64,000 nucleotides of DNA from Spirochaetaceae bacterium (GTDB lineage: Bacteria; Spirochaetota; Spirochaetia; DSM-2461), in contig JAOPTT010000008.1 in assembly GCA_051531975.1 (NCBI GenBank), positions 32,001 through 96,000 on the forward strand, written 5' to 3'. Below are positions 49,628 to 60,154 of this stretch, piece by piece (the first letter of the stretch is position 1; the number at the start of each line of letters is the position of its first letter). The notes under the pieces are model-generated. The model was not told where the DNA came from, ran no database searches, and was given only the letters and a program-made list of their open reading frames with translations. The position numbers and the translations under genes were made by a program.

Positions 49628-49631
49628 AAAA

Positions 49632-50177
49632 TCACCACCAAATACTATATTCACAACCACAATATTTTTGTCTATATAGGCCTAACTCTTTTGATAGATC
49701 GGTACTAACTTTAAAACCATTTTCTTTACAAAAATCGATCATTAAAAACTCTACACCGTACTGTTTAGCCACATCTTGGCCAATCTCCATTATTGCTTTT
49801 GAGTTCTTATGTGGACTAATGGATAAAGTAGATGTAAAAAAGTCCATATTAAGCTCTTTTGCTTTTTTAGCAGCTGTAATAAAGCTAAATCTGAAACATT
49901 TTAAACATCTAGCACCTTTTTCAGGTTCAGCTTCTAAACCTTTTATGTAATCTGACCACTTTTTATGGTCGTACTTTTCTTTAATTATACTGTCTTTATA
50001 ATAATCTGAAACTGTAACTGCAGCCTCAAATCTTTTTTCAAACTCTTCTTCAGAGTTCATATTAGAATTAGAAAAATATAGAATTATATCATAATCATCA
50101 ATCCTTGGGATAGAACCTACAGCACAAGGGCCACAACATACATGTAATAATAATTTCTTTTTTTCACTTGTTATCAT
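49632..50177 (-). CDS. queH: Epoxyqueuosine reductase QueH
   Basis: LLHVCCGPC, EPEKGARCLKC, ISPHK, LYRQKYCGC. Confidence 0.92.
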   Translation of the reverse strand: MITSEKKKLLLHVCCGPCAVGSIPRIDDYDIILYFSNSNMNSEEEFEKRFEAAVTVSDYYKDSIIKEKYDHKKWSDYIKGLEAEPEKGARCLKCFRFSFITAAKKAKELNMDFFTSTLSISPHKNSKAIMEIGQDVAKQYGVEFLMIDFCKENGFKVSTDLSKELGLYRQKYCGCEYSIWW

Positions 50178-50761
50178 TTTAATATTTTAATCCCTAATAT
50201 TGAGACATCATCACTATCTTTTGCATATTTATTTAAAATATTTTCAGCTACATCTTTTATAGGATCAAATTTAAGATTTGCTATCTCCGAAAAGTCAAAA
50301 CTTTCTTTTACCCCATCTGAATATGATATAATTAAGTCACCTTCTTTTATTTTATGTTCCCAGATTTTTATTGTTGGTAATCTACAACCTAAAACACCAT
50401 CTTTTGATATTAAAGTACTGTTTTTATCACTTATAATCCGGGTTGTGATATTACCCACTCCTGAATATGTTAATAGACCTGTTTCTTTATTTAAGATACA
50501 AATATCAATAACAATTCCCCTACTCTTTAATAGAACATTATGTAATGATTTTAGTACTCCTGTCAGATCTGTTAATTGGGCTTTATCCAAATAATCTGTT
50601 GCGATTATAGCTGCATCATACGCTTTTTCTCCATGGCCTAAACCATCAATAACGGCAAAAAACAGATGTGAATCCGTCTCTTTTAAAAATACTTGATCCC
50701 CACTTACCATGGAAGATTTCTCATATGGAATTATTCTATAATATGATTCTACTCTTAACAT
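50174..50761 (-). CDS. RsbX-like PP2C/SpoIIE phosphatase
   Basis: SGD...IDGLGHG...GVGNI...SDG...DDVS. Confidence 0.85.
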   Translation of the reverse strand: MLRVESYYRIIPYEKSSMVSGDQVFLKETDSHLFFAVIDGLGHGEKAYDAAIIATDYLDKAQLTDLTGVLKSLHNVLLKSRGIVIDICILNKETGLLTYSGVGNITTRIISDKNSTLISKDGVLGCRLPTIKIWEHKIKEGDLIISYSDGVKESFDFSEIANLKFDPIKDVAENILNKYAKDSDDVSILGIKILK

Positions 50762-50762
50762 T

Positions 50763-51161
50763 CTATAACCATTTCCCTACAATTATTGTGGTCCCTATTC
50801 CAACTTTAGATTCAATACTAAAATCGTCCATAATTCTCTTAACACTAGATAGACCAAGCCCTAAACTATTTTTAGTTGTACTATAACCATCTTCCATAAC
50901 TATATCTACATTTCTAATCCCTGGACCAGTATCTTTTGCAATTATTTTAATTCCACTAACTTTGTCTTTAAATGAATTACTTAAATTTATAGTTCCACTT
51001 TTTGTATATCGAATTATATTTGTTGCTAATTCGGATACAGCTGTTGCTATTAACACAGCTGTAACTCCACTAAATCCAAGCTTTTCAGCATAAATTCTAG
51101 TTTCTAAAATAATCTGATATACATTATCAGTTTTTTCAATATTGAAGACTATATCTGGCAT
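50763..51161 (-). CDS. rsbT: RsbT-like Ser/Thr kinase / anti-sigma regulator
   Basis: ATAVSELATNI, DTGPGI, DGYST..SLGLGL...MDDF...GTTI. Confidence 0.88.
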   Translation of the reverse strand: MPDIVFNIEKTDNVYQIILETRIYAEKLGFSGVTAVLIATAVSELATNIIRYTKSGTINLSNSFKDKVSGIKIIAKDTGPGIRNVDIVMEDGYSTTKNSLGLGLSSVKRIMDDFSIESKVGIGTTIIVGKWL

Positions 51162-51176
51162 GTATATCTGTCCAAC

Positions 51177-51977
51177 TTACATATCAATTACTTTTAAGTT
51201 TACAAGACTAAAACCTTGAGCTAAAGCATCACTTAAAGTTGATTTAGTAATTATCCCATCCATTTCAACACCTAGTTGAACAATAGTTTGGGCTACCGCA
51301 GGGGAAATTCCTGATATAATACATGTACAACCCATTAATTGTGTAGCTTTAGTTATTTTAATCAGATGATTAGCAACCGCTGTATCTACAGCTAATACTC
51401 CAGAAATATCTAAAATTATTACTTTTGCCGAAGTAGTCACTATTTTTTCAAGCATTTTTTCCATCATGTGTTGTGCTCTATTAGAGTCAATTATTCCAAT
51501 GATAGGTAAGATAACAATACCATCCCATAATTTTATTGTTGGAGTTGATATTTCCTGAATAGTTTTTGATTGTTCTTTAAGTTTATCTTCATGTTTAATC
51601 TGATCTGTAATATCTAAAATATACTCTAAACCACCTATAATTTCACCACTGTCATCTTTTAATGGAACTGCAAAATATTCTATTGGAACCTTTTGACCAT
51701 CTAGAGTAATTTCATTTCTTGCAGTACATTTTTCACCTGTATTTATGGCCATTTTCATTCGGCAATCAGGAGTATTACAATGCCTTGAACAAAATAGATC
51801 TGCGCATATTTCTCCTGTTACTGTATCCATGTCTTTACCAAGCATAGTTAAAGCTGCTTGGTTCATGTAAAAAACTTCTAATTCCCTAGTTACTGCCATT
51901 ACAGGTGTAGGTATTTGATCTAATATTTGTGTCGATAATTTATCACTCATTGTTTTTAATTCTTTTTTAGTTTTCAT
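51177..51977 (-). CDS. RsbR-like PAS-STAS protein
   Basis: N-terminal PAS; ISTP...LPIIGIIDSNRA...LDISGV..VDTAVA...SGISPAVAQTIV STAS. Confidence 0.9.
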   Translation of the reverse strand: MKTKKELKTMSDKLSTQILDQIPTPVMAVTRELEVFYMNQAALTMLGKDMDTVTGEICADLFCSRHCNTPDCRMKMAINTGEKCTARNEITLDGQKVPIEYFAVPLKDDSGEIIGGLEYILDITDQIKHEDKLKEQSKTIQEISTPTIKLWDGIVILPIIGIIDSNRAQHMMEKMLEKIVTTSAKVIILDISGVLAVDTAVANHLIKITKATQLMGCTCIISGISPAVAQTIVQLGVEMDGIITKSTLSDALAQGFSLVNLKVIDM

Positions 51978-52051
51978 TGTAAAACTCCTAGATATTATTA
52001 TATATAATAACGGAAAATGTGGAAATTTACTAATTAATTTCGTTAATTTAC

Positions 52052-52080
52052 AAAAAAAAAGAGGATAATGAATATCCTCT
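52052..52080 (-). terminator. Intrinsic terminator after tyrS
   Basis: - strand AGAGGATA-TTCAT-TATCCTCT followed by a long T run. Confidence 0.8.
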
Positions 52081-52099
52081 TCTGTAGATGAACTTTAAT

Positions 52100-53332
52100 T
52101 TATTTTAGTATAACTCTAAAAAATCTCTTTTTACCTGCTTTTAATATAATATCACTATCTTCAGTTTTATCAGAAACAGTTATTAAAGCCTTAGGATCAC
52201 TATTTTTTTCGCCATTAACAGCAGCTCCATTTTGAGTTACAAGACGTCTTGCATCACTTTTACTTCCACATAATCCAGTATCAGTAAAAAGATCAACAAT
52301 ATTAAAGCCCTCTTCAAACTGAGATTTAGAATATTCTTTTGAAGGCATTCCAGTTTTATCTGCTGTACCACCAGATGTAAAAGCTGCTTTTGCAGCATCT
52401 CTTGCTTTATTAGCTTCGACCTCACCGTGGATAATTTTTGTTAATTCATATGCTAAAACTTCTTTTGAAGCGTTTATCTCTGCTCCAGGAGCATTTCCTA
52501 ATCGATCACACTCTTCTACAGGTAAAAATGTATATATCTTTAGAAACTTACCAACATCGGAATCGGTAACATTTCTCCAATACTGGAAAAACTCGTAAAC
52601 TGGAGTTAATGCTGGATCTAGGAACACTGCACCTTTCTCTGTTTTACCCATTTTTTTACCATCGGATCTTGTAACTAAAGGAAACGTTAAACCAACTGTT
52701 TCATTTCCTTCAACACGTCTTATTAAATCCATACCTGCAACAATATTACCCCACTGATCATCTCCACCAATTTGAAGTGTACAACCATATGTTCTATTTA
52801 ATTCTAAAAAGTCGTAGGATTGCAATAACTGATAGTTAAATTCAATAAAACTAAGTCCTGTTTCTAGTCTCTTTTTATATGTTTCAAAAGTTAACATTCT
52901 GTTTACACTAAAATGTCGACCAATATCTCTTAAGAACTCAATATAGTTTAAACCGGTTAACCAGTCTGCATTATCAAGTAACAGAGCTTTATCATCATCA
53001 AACTCAACAAAGTTTGCAATCTGACGTTTTAGAGATTCAGCATTCTCTTTAATCTTATCAACAGTTAACATCTGTCTCATCTCTGACTTACCAGATGGAT
53101 CACCGATTCTTGCAGTTCCACCACCAACTAAGGCAACAGGTCTATGTCCAGCTTGCTGCATGTGGTACATAGCGTATAAAGGAACTAAATGCCCACAATG
53201 AAGTGATGGCCCAGTTGGGTCAAAACCACAGTAAAACCGTACACTTTCTTCTTCTAGCTTTTTAGATAAAAGTTCTTCGTTTGTACACTGTTTAAAAAAG
53301 CCTCTAGCTTTTAATAAATCTAGTATTGCCAT
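52100..53332 (-). CDS. tyrS: Tyrosine--tRNA ligase
   Basis: GFDPTGPSLHCGH, QIGGDDQWGNI, KMGKT, S4-like tail. Confidence 0.97.
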   Translation of the reverse strand: MAILDLLKARGFFKQCTNEELLSKKLEEESVRFYCGFDPTGPSLHCGHLVPLYAMYHMQQAGHRPVALVGGGTARIGDPSGKSEMRQMLTVDKIKENAESLKRQIANFVEFDDDKALLLDNADWLTGLNYIEFLRDIGRHFSVNRMLTFETYKKRLETGLSFIEFNYQLLQSYDFLELNRTYGCTLQIGGDDQWGNIVAGMDLIRRVEGNETVGLTFPLVTRSDGKKMGKTEKGAVFLDPALTPVYEFFQYWRNVTDSDVGKFLKIYTFLPVEECDRLGNAPGAEINASKEVLAYELTKIIHGEVEANKARDAAKAAFTSGGTADKTGMPSKEYSKSQFEEGFNIVDLFTDTGLCGSKSDARRLVTQNGAAVNGEKNSDPKALITVSDKTEDSDIILKAGKKRFFRVILK

Positions 53333-54732
53333 TATTTCTTCTCTACCCTTTTGTAATTTTTCATTTCTAATTTAATTCTAGCAGCTAGTTCTGATCTTTT
53401 AACTCTAACTTGCTCCATAGTATCTCTAAATCTTAATGTAACTGAGTCATCCTCTTTAGAGTCATAATCAACAGTTATACAAAATGGAGTACCAACTTCA
53501 TCCATTCTTCGATATCTTTTACCAATAGCTCCAGATTGATCAAAAAATGTTACATAGTCTTCTCTAAGTTCTTTTTCGATATCTTTTGCTAGTTCAGCGA
53601 TTCCATCTTTTTTAACTAAAGGAAGAACAGCAACTTTGATTGGTGCAACATCTGGGTGAAAGTGAAGTACAGTTCTAACATCAGGTTTCCCTTTTTTGTC
53701 TTCACCTAATAATTCCTCATCGTAGGCATCAGTTAAAGCTATTAAAACAGACCGTGTTAAACCAGCTGAAGTTTCAATAACATATGGGATATACCACTCG
53801 TTAGTTTCCTGGTCTAAGTAGTTAATCTCTTTACCACAAAACTTTGAGTGTTGGGTTAAGTCGTAGTCAGTTCTTGAGTGGATGCCCTCAAGTTCTTCCC
53901 AACCAAATGGGAATTTATACTCTATATCAAATGCATCTTTTGCATAAAATGCTAATTCACCTTCGCCATGTCTATGAAATTGTAAATGGGATGGTCTAAC
54001 ACCTAATTTTTCTGTGTAGTAAGCTTTTCTAGCTTCCATCCAATATTCAAACCACTTATCGTCTGTACCTGGTTTTACAAAAAATTGCATCTCCATCTGT
54101 TCAAACTCACAGGTTCTAAATATAAAGTTCTTAGTAGTAATCTCATTTCTAAATGCTTTTCCAACCTGGGCAATACCAAATGGTATTTTAACTCTAGAAG
54201 TATCAACAACATTTTTAAAGTTAACAAAAATACCCTGAGCTGTTTCAGGTCTTAAATATACCTTCATAGAAGAATCTTCTACAGCACCCATCTGAGTTGA
54301 GAACATTAAGTTAAAGTTTCTAGGATCTGTTAACTCTCCACCACACTCTGGACACTCTTTGCTATCAATATATTTTTGTTCAAGTTTATCTTCTCTAAAT
54401 CTTGTTTTACACTTTTTACAATCAACTAAAGGGTCAGAAAAGTTAGCTACATGACCTGAAGCTTCCCAAGTTTTAGGGTGCATCATAATTGCAGCATCTA
54501 AACCAACTATATTCTCTTGGCTTCTAGTCATCTCTTTCCACCAAATTTCCTGAATATTCTTTTTAAGTTCAACACCTAATGGACCATAATCCCAAGTTGC
54601 TGATAGTCCACCGTAAATCTCTGATGATGGGAAAACAAAACCCCGTCTTTTACATAGAGATACAAGTTTCTCCATTGATACTCCAGATTCATCTGTCATA
54701 TTATTTGCTGTAATTTTTTTACTCTTAGCCAT
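53332..54732 (-). CDS. glyQS: Glycine--tRNA ligase (homodimeric type)
   Basis: YLRPETAQGIF, FRNEI, EFEQME, PYVIETSAG; stop overlaps the tyrS start (TAATG). Confidence 0.97.
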   Translation of the reverse strand: MAKSKKITANNMTDESGVSMEKLVSLCKRRGFVFPSSEIYGGLSATWDYGPLGVELKKNIQEIWWKEMTRSQENIVGLDAAIMMHPKTWEASGHVANFSDPLVDCKKCKTRFREDKLEQKYIDSKECPECGGELTDPRNFNLMFSTQMGAVEDSSMKVYLRPETAQGIFVNFKNVVDTSRVKIPFGIAQVGKAFRNEITTKNFIFRTCEFEQMEMQFFVKPGTDDKWFEYWMEARKAYYTEKLGVRPSHLQFHRHGEGELAFYAKDAFDIEYKFPFGWEELEGIHSRTDYDLTQHSKFCGKEINYLDQETNEWYIPYVIETSAGLTRSVLIALTDAYDEELLGEDKKGKPDVRTVLHFHPDVAPIKVAVLPLVKKDGIAELAKDIEKELREDYVTFFDQSGAIGKRYRRMDEVGTPFCITVDYDSKEDDSVTLRFRDTMEQVRVKRSELAARIKLEMKNYKRVEKK

Positions 54733-54788
54733 ATTTCTTCCTTTCTATTAGTTAGTGCTCTTAGAAAATCAACCATTCAGGTTAATTT

Positions 54789-56252
54789 TTAACTAAGAGC
54801 ATCTAGGGTATTTTTAACCCTTTCTATTGCTCTATCTTTACCAATTAGTCCAATGGACTCAAAAAGTGGTGGTGATGTTTTAGTTCCAGTTACTGCAACC
54901 CTTAAAGGCATAAATAGTTGCCCTACTTTAACTTCTAAGGTATTACATAGCTCTTTAAAAATAACTTCATTTTCTTCGTTTGTATGGTTATTATAATCTT
55001 CTAATAACGGAATTGTTGCTTCTAAAACTCTAGAAACATCATTTTTCTCCATTTTTTTAGGGATTAATATATCCATATCGTAGGATTCAACCTCGTTAAA
55101 CAGGAAGTTTATGCAATCTACAATATCTGTAGTTAAAGTTAATCTCTCTCTAAATATAGGCATCGCATTTATAAAGATCTTTTTTTCATCTACTGTTATT
55201 GGTTTTGATACAACTTTAGCATTTTCAAGAATAGGTATTAAAAGTGCCTCTAATTTTGTGTCTTCTAATTTTCTTAAATACTGGCCATTAAACCAATCTA
55301 ATTTTTTATAATCAAATGTTCCTGCAGATTTGTTAATCTTATCTAAAGTAAAAACTTCTTCAAATTCCTCTTTAGTAAAAAATTCTCTTTTGTCATCAAA
55401 TGCCCAACCAACCATTGTTACATAGTTAATCAGACCTTCAGGTATATAACCACCATCTCTAAACTGAATTAAAGAAGTTGCTCCATGTCTTTTAGAAAGT
55501 TTTTTACCATCTTTACCTATAACCATAGGTAAGTGGGCATATTGGGGAGGAGTCCAACCAAATGCTTCGTATAACATTTTATGAACCGGAGCAGATGGTA
55601 TCCACTCTTGAGCTCTTAATATATGTGTTATTTCCATAAAATGGTCATCTATAACATTAGCTAAATGGTATGTAGGAAATCCATCGGCTTTCATCAAAAT
55701 AGGATCAACCATTACATCTCTGTTTTTTCTTGTTATTTTACCCATTACAATGTCTTCAAAGCTGGTTTTACCCTCTATTGGAACTATTAACCTTAATACT
55801 GGTTTTACTCCACTATCGATTAGTCCTTGCTTCTCTTCTTCTGTTATACTTTGACACTTTCTATCATACCCTGGGTCAAGTTTATTAGCTTGTTGGTATT
55901 CTCTTAGATCGTTTAATCTCTGTTCAGTACAATAACAGTAATATGCTTTTCCACTATCTACTAACTTCCCAGCATACTCTCTGTAAAGTTCTGTTCTTTC
56001 TGACTGAACATATGGACCAAAATCTCCACCTTTAACAGGGCTTTCATCGAATTCAATGCCTAACCATCTGAATGTTTCATATAGGTCGTCTAGAGCCTCG
56101 TCTGAATATCTGTTTCTATCAGTGTCTTCTACCCTTAAGATAAAATCTCCACCATTAGCTTTTGCAAAAAAATAGTTGAATAATGCTGTTCTAACACCAC
56201 CTATATGTTGTAACCCTGTTGGGGATGGTGCGTAACGAACTCTTACTTTCAT
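54789..56252 (-). CDS. gltX: Glutamate--tRNA ligase
   Basis: RYAPSPTGLQHIGG, KLSKR. Confidence 0.97.
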   Translation of the reverse strand: MKVRVRYAPSPTGLQHIGGVRTALFNYFFAKANGGDFILRVEDTDRNRYSDEALDDLYETFRWLGIEFDESPVKGGDFGPYVQSERTELYREYAGKLVDSGKAYYCYCTEQRLNDLREYQQANKLDPGYDRKCQSITEEEKQGLIDSGVKPVLRLIVPIEGKTSFEDIVMGKITRKNRDVMVDPILMKADGFPTYHLANVIDDHFMEITHILRAQEWIPSAPVHKMLYEAFGWTPPQYAHLPMVIGKDGKKLSKRHGATSLIQFRDGGYIPEGLINYVTMVGWAFDDKREFFTKEEFEEVFTLDKINKSAGTFDYKKLDWFNGQYLRKLEDTKLEALLIPILENAKVVSKPITVDEKKIFINAMPIFRERLTLTTDIVDCINFLFNEVESYDMDILIPKKMEKNDVSRVLEATIPLLEDYNNHTNEENEVIFKELCNTLEVKVGQLFMPLRVAVTGTKTSPPLFESIGLIGKDRAIERVKNTLDALS

Positions 56253-56322
56253 AGGATACCTCGTCCTTGTTTATTGTATTGAATGGTATTATATATAAAA
56301 ACCTCTGTCTCTAACAAGATGT

Positions 56323-57558
56323 TTATGCTTTTGACTGCTTTAAAACCATCTGTTTTCTTCTACTTAAATAACTCTCTATTCGATCTAGTGCTTCTTTTAA
56401 AAGTTTTGTATCAGCTAAAAATATAATTCTAAAGTGATCCGGTGTTTTCAAATTAAAACCAGAGCCTTGAACTAAAAGAACTTTTGTCTCTAATAACAGA
56501 TCTTTAATAAATTCACTATCATTAGTTATACCATACATCTTTATATCAATTTTAGGAAAACAATAGAGGGCTGCTTCTGGTTTAGTACAAGTTATACCAG
56601 GAATATTAATAAGTCTTTCGTAACAGTAGTTCATAGATTCATATAACCTACCACCCTTTTCTATAAGCTCATTTATTGATTGATAACCACCCAAGGCTGT
56701 CTGAATAGCCAATTGCCCTGGGACATTAGAACATAATCTCATATTAGATAACATTAAAATTCCCTCTATATAATCTTTAGCAATTTGTCTGTTACCTGAT
56801 AAAATCATCCACCCAGATCTATATCCAGCAGCTCTATAGGATTTTGATAAACCATTAAAAGTTACAAAAAAGATATCATCAGCTAAACTTGCTATAGAAG
56901 TATGTTTACCACCATATGTAATTTTATCATAAATTTCATCCGCATATATAATCAAAGAATGTTCCCGGGCAATTTTAATTATTCCCTCTAAGATCTCTAA
57001 TGGATACAAACTTCCTGTAGGATTATTAGGATTAATAACAACAATAGCTTTTGTTGTTTTAGTAATTTTAGATTCAATATCAGCTAAATTAGGGTTCCAG
57101 TTATTTTCTTCATCACATTTATAGTGAATTGCCTTACCACCTGATAAAGTTGCTGAAGCTGTCCATAATGGATAATCTGGCTCTGGAATTAGTATTTCAT
57201 CTCCATCATTTAATAAAGCTTGCATAGATATACCAATAAGTTCACTGACTCCGTTACCAATAAATATATCTTCTACATCAACATTTTTAATAAAATTTTT
57301 CTGACATTCATGCATTATTGCTTTTCTTGCAGCAAAAAGACCATTTGATGCACAATAACCATCAGCTTCTGAAAAGTTTCTAATTACATCCCTTGTTATC
57401 TCTTCTGGAGTTTCTAAACCAAAAGGTGCAGGATTACCAATATTTAGCTTAATTAGTCTATAACCCTCTTCTTCTAGACGTTTCGCTTCTTCGTATATTG
57501 GTCCTCTAATGTCATAACAGACATTTTTTAGCTTATTTGATTTAGTAATTTTATACAT
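56323..57558 (-). CDS. PLP-dependent aminotransferase (AlaA/YfbQ-like)
   Basis: YDIRGP, LNIGNP, NPNNPTG, DEIYD, GLSKSYRAAGYRSGW. Confidence 0.92.
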   Translation of the reverse strand: MYKITKSNKLKNVCYDIRGPIYEEAKRLEEEGYRLIKLNIGNPAPFGLETPEEITRDVIRNFSEADGYCASNGLFAARKAIMHECQKNFIKNVDVEDIFIGNGVSELIGISMQALLNDGDEILIPEPDYPLWTASATLSGGKAIHYKCDEENNWNPNLADIESKITKTTKAIVVINPNNPTGSLYPLEILEGIIKIAREHSLIIYADEIYDKITYGGKHTSIASLADDIFFVTFNGLSKSYRAAGYRSGWMILSGNRQIAKDYIEGILMLSNMRLCSNVPGQLAIQTALGGYQSINELIEKGGRLYESMNYCYERLINIPGITCTKPEAALYCFPKIDIKMYGITNDSEFIKDLLLETKVLLVQGSGFNLKTPDHFRIIFLADTKLLKEALDRIESYLSRRKQMVLKQSKA

Positions 57559-57681
57559 AATTTATCCCTTTCTTCACTAATTACAGAACAATACTATAAA
57601 ATGTTGCAATAATGTGCAAATATATATTAAAGTTATTATTATATAATTCCGTAAAATATAGTTAAGGAGAAGTGTAGAACT

Positions 57682-58845
57682 GTGATAAAAACGCCAATTG
57701 GCCAATTAAAAATAGATCATTATTATAATGTTGACCTATATCTAGATAAAAACTTTCTCCTTTTACCTGTAGATATTCAATATACAAAAGATATTGCAGA
57801 CAATCTAAAAAGATGGAGTATAACACATATATTATCTAACGATGAACTTCAAGAAATTGCAGAAGAGGATCGTGTAGCACCTTTATCATCAACATCATCT
57901 ATTACAGCAGGGGTTGAAGAACATCAAGGAAAACAACATGCAGAAGAGTTCTACATGAAATGTTTAGAATTTGTAAATGTTCTATTTAAAGATTTTAAAA
58001 ACAATGAAAAACTTAATCTTAATAATGTAAGTGACAAAATTAAAGAGATTATTAAAGAAGTAAAAGAACACCCTCTTTATATATTAAGATTTGCAAGTCT
58101 TCCAAGTTTTGAACATGATTATATGGTTACACACGCTACAAAAACTACAATGTTAAGTATTGCTATTGGTGATAAATTAAAACTCCCACAACATAAACTT
58201 GTAGAACTTGGAATATCATGTCTATTCCATGAGATAGGTTTATTAAAATTACCAGAAAGATTATATAATGGTGCGGGAAAAATTACAGATGAGGAAAAAC
58301 AAGCCTTATCAACACACACAATACTGAGTTTTAGAATTTTAAAACAATTAAATGTATCAAGAGATGTATTATTAGGTGTTTTAGAACACCATGAAAGAGA
58401 AAATGCCTCAGGTTATCCTCAGAAACTTCCAGGTGAAAAGATTTCTCTATTTGGTAAAATAATTTCTATAGCTTGTTCATTCGATGCACAAATATCTGAT
58501 AGACCATTTAGAAATGGAAAAGATGCACACTCAAGTTTATTAAACATGATGCAGCAGATTGGAACTTTATATAACGATAAACTGATAAAAGGCTTAGTTG
58601 GCCTTTTAACAATATACCCTCTTGGATGTTATATTCAGATGGAAAATGGCTCAATTGCTAGATCCATTGGTTATAACCCAGAAAATCCAACTTTTCCTAT
58701 TATGCAACAAATAACCACGACTTCGGATAGTATTCTTGCCGAAAGACCTATTATCAATCTTTCTGAAGAGAATAGTTCTCTAGTCAAAAAAGTACTTTCT
58801 ATAGCTGAAGCTAGGATGTTTGAGGAAAAACATAAAGTCAGTTGA
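57682..58845 (+). CDS. HD-GYP domain protein (variant motifs)
   Basis: HHERENASGYP, FDA..SDRPFR, YPLG; the HD doublet reads HE. Confidence 0.88.
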   Translation: MIKTPIGQLKIDHYYNVDLYLDKNFLLLPVDIQYTKDIADNLKRWSITHILSNDELQEIAEEDRVAPLSSTSSITAGVEEHQGKQHAEEFYMKCLEFVNVLFKDFKNNEKLNLNNVSDKIKEIIKEVKEHPLYILRFASLPSFEHDYMVTHATKTTMLSIAIGDKLKLPQHKLVELGISCLFHEIGLLKLPERLYNGAGKITDEEKQALSTHTILSFRILKQLNVSRDVLLGVLEHHERENASGYPQKLPGEKISLFGKIISIACSFDAQISDRPFRNGKDAHSSLLNMMQQIGTLYNDKLIKGLVGLLTIYPLGCYIQMENGSIARSIGYNPENPTFPIMQQITTTSDSILAERPIINLSEENSSLVKKVLSIAEARMFEEKHKVS

Positions 58846-59825
58846 ATAATTTTAATTTAGCAATTATCACATATTTAGAAGATAAGGATCCTATAACTTT
58901 GGATTCTTTTATATCTTCACCCTCTCAGGTATTGGAATCTCAATATATTTCGAAAGATCATTTTGTTTATTCTGAGGCCATAATAATATTAGATTCTCTA
59001 AATGCATATAATAAAGGTCTTTCAAATTCAGATAATGAAGAAAGATTACTGGAAATAAATGATCAATCTCCATTCTATTCATGGAGATGTGCAACACTGG
59101 CTATAAAAGAGTTTTATAATGGAAATCAATTTCTTGTAAAAGAGTATCTTAATGATATTAGAGTTGAATCTCCTGTTTTGAAGATAAGAGATTTTATACT
59201 ACTAGGCAGAAACCATAGCCTTATAATTCCAGATAAACATCTAAATAGCAGTGTTGATGCATTAAGAGAAGTAATAGATAACTCATTAATTGATATGTAT
59301 GAAGTTACTGTAAAGCTACTTTTGGATGACTTAAAAGGTCTAAATACTACGGATTTACACAATATTTTAATAACAATAATAGAAGAATCTCTAGATATTA
59401 TTCCTCTGACCATGATTCATAAATCTCTTATTAAATCAGTTGAAATGATGGAGACCCTAAGACTTATGGCTTTAGGAACAATATTTAAGCACCCTATTAT
59501 TAGCCTTCAGTATCTTTTTAGTTATATAAGTATTAATAACTTTTCTAGTAATCAGGACCCTAAATTAACTGCTCTACTAATAATTATATCAGATATTTCA
59601 AAAGCACTAAAAATAGAAAAATATAAATTTGTATCTACTAAGTCAAAAAAACAATTTAGCACTAATTCTACTCTTTTTATTCAGGGGTTATCTGAGCTTT
59701 TTATTTTGGATTTTAAAGAGTCAAAAGACCCGCTAACAAACCTAATTAGAGCAATGAAGATTCCAAGCCCTAAAGTGGAAAATATTGAATATTCTAATGA
59801 TATTTTTCAAGGAGAACTATTTTAA
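58842..59825 (+). CDS. Hypothetical protein
   Basis: 327-aa ORF coupled to both neighbours; ends QGELF. Confidence 0.75.
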   Translation: MNNFNLAIITYLEDKDPITLDSFISSPSQVLESQYISKDHFVYSEAIIILDSLNAYNKGLSNSDNEERLLEINDQSPFYSWRCATLAIKEFYNGNQFLVKEYLNDIRVESPVLKIRDFILLGRNHSLIIPDKHLNSSVDALREVIDNSLIDMYEVTVKLLLDDLKGLNTTDLHNILITIIEESLDIIPLTMIHKSLIKSVEMMETLRLMALGTIFKHPIISLQYLFSYISINNFSSNQDPKLTALLIIISDISKALKIEKYKFVSTKSKKQFSTNSTLFIQGLSELFILDFKESKDPLTNLIRAMKIPSPKVENIEYSNDIFQGELF

Positions 59826-60154
59826 TGAAAAATATAACTGATACAATTTTTGATGAACTAAATATATTATTAAATCCATATAATGAACTTAAAATTTTAG
59901 AAAATAGTGATGATCAGACAATAAAAGAGGCATACAAACTATTAAAACAGGGGCAGTCCCCAGAGAAAATTGAACTTTTAACAATCTGTTACAATTTAAT
60001 AAAAACAGAATCTCTTAGAGTTAGATATAGTTTATTAAATAATAGACCACTACAAAAATTAGATGACATTAAAAAAATCGGTTTTAAGCCTAAGCAGATG
60101 GAAACAACAGATTGGATATCAATTATTAATGATGATCCTCTACATGAACTCTAG
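59825..60154 (+). CDS. J-domain-like protein lacking HPD
   Basis: NPYNELKI...SDDQTIKEAY...YNLIK...R.RY outline of a J domain. Confidence 0.6.
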   Translation: MKNITDTIFDELNILLNPYNELKILENSDDQTIKEAYKLLKQGQSPEKIELLTICYNLIKTESLRVRYSLLNNRPLQKLDDIKKIGFKPKQMETTDWISIINDDPLHEL

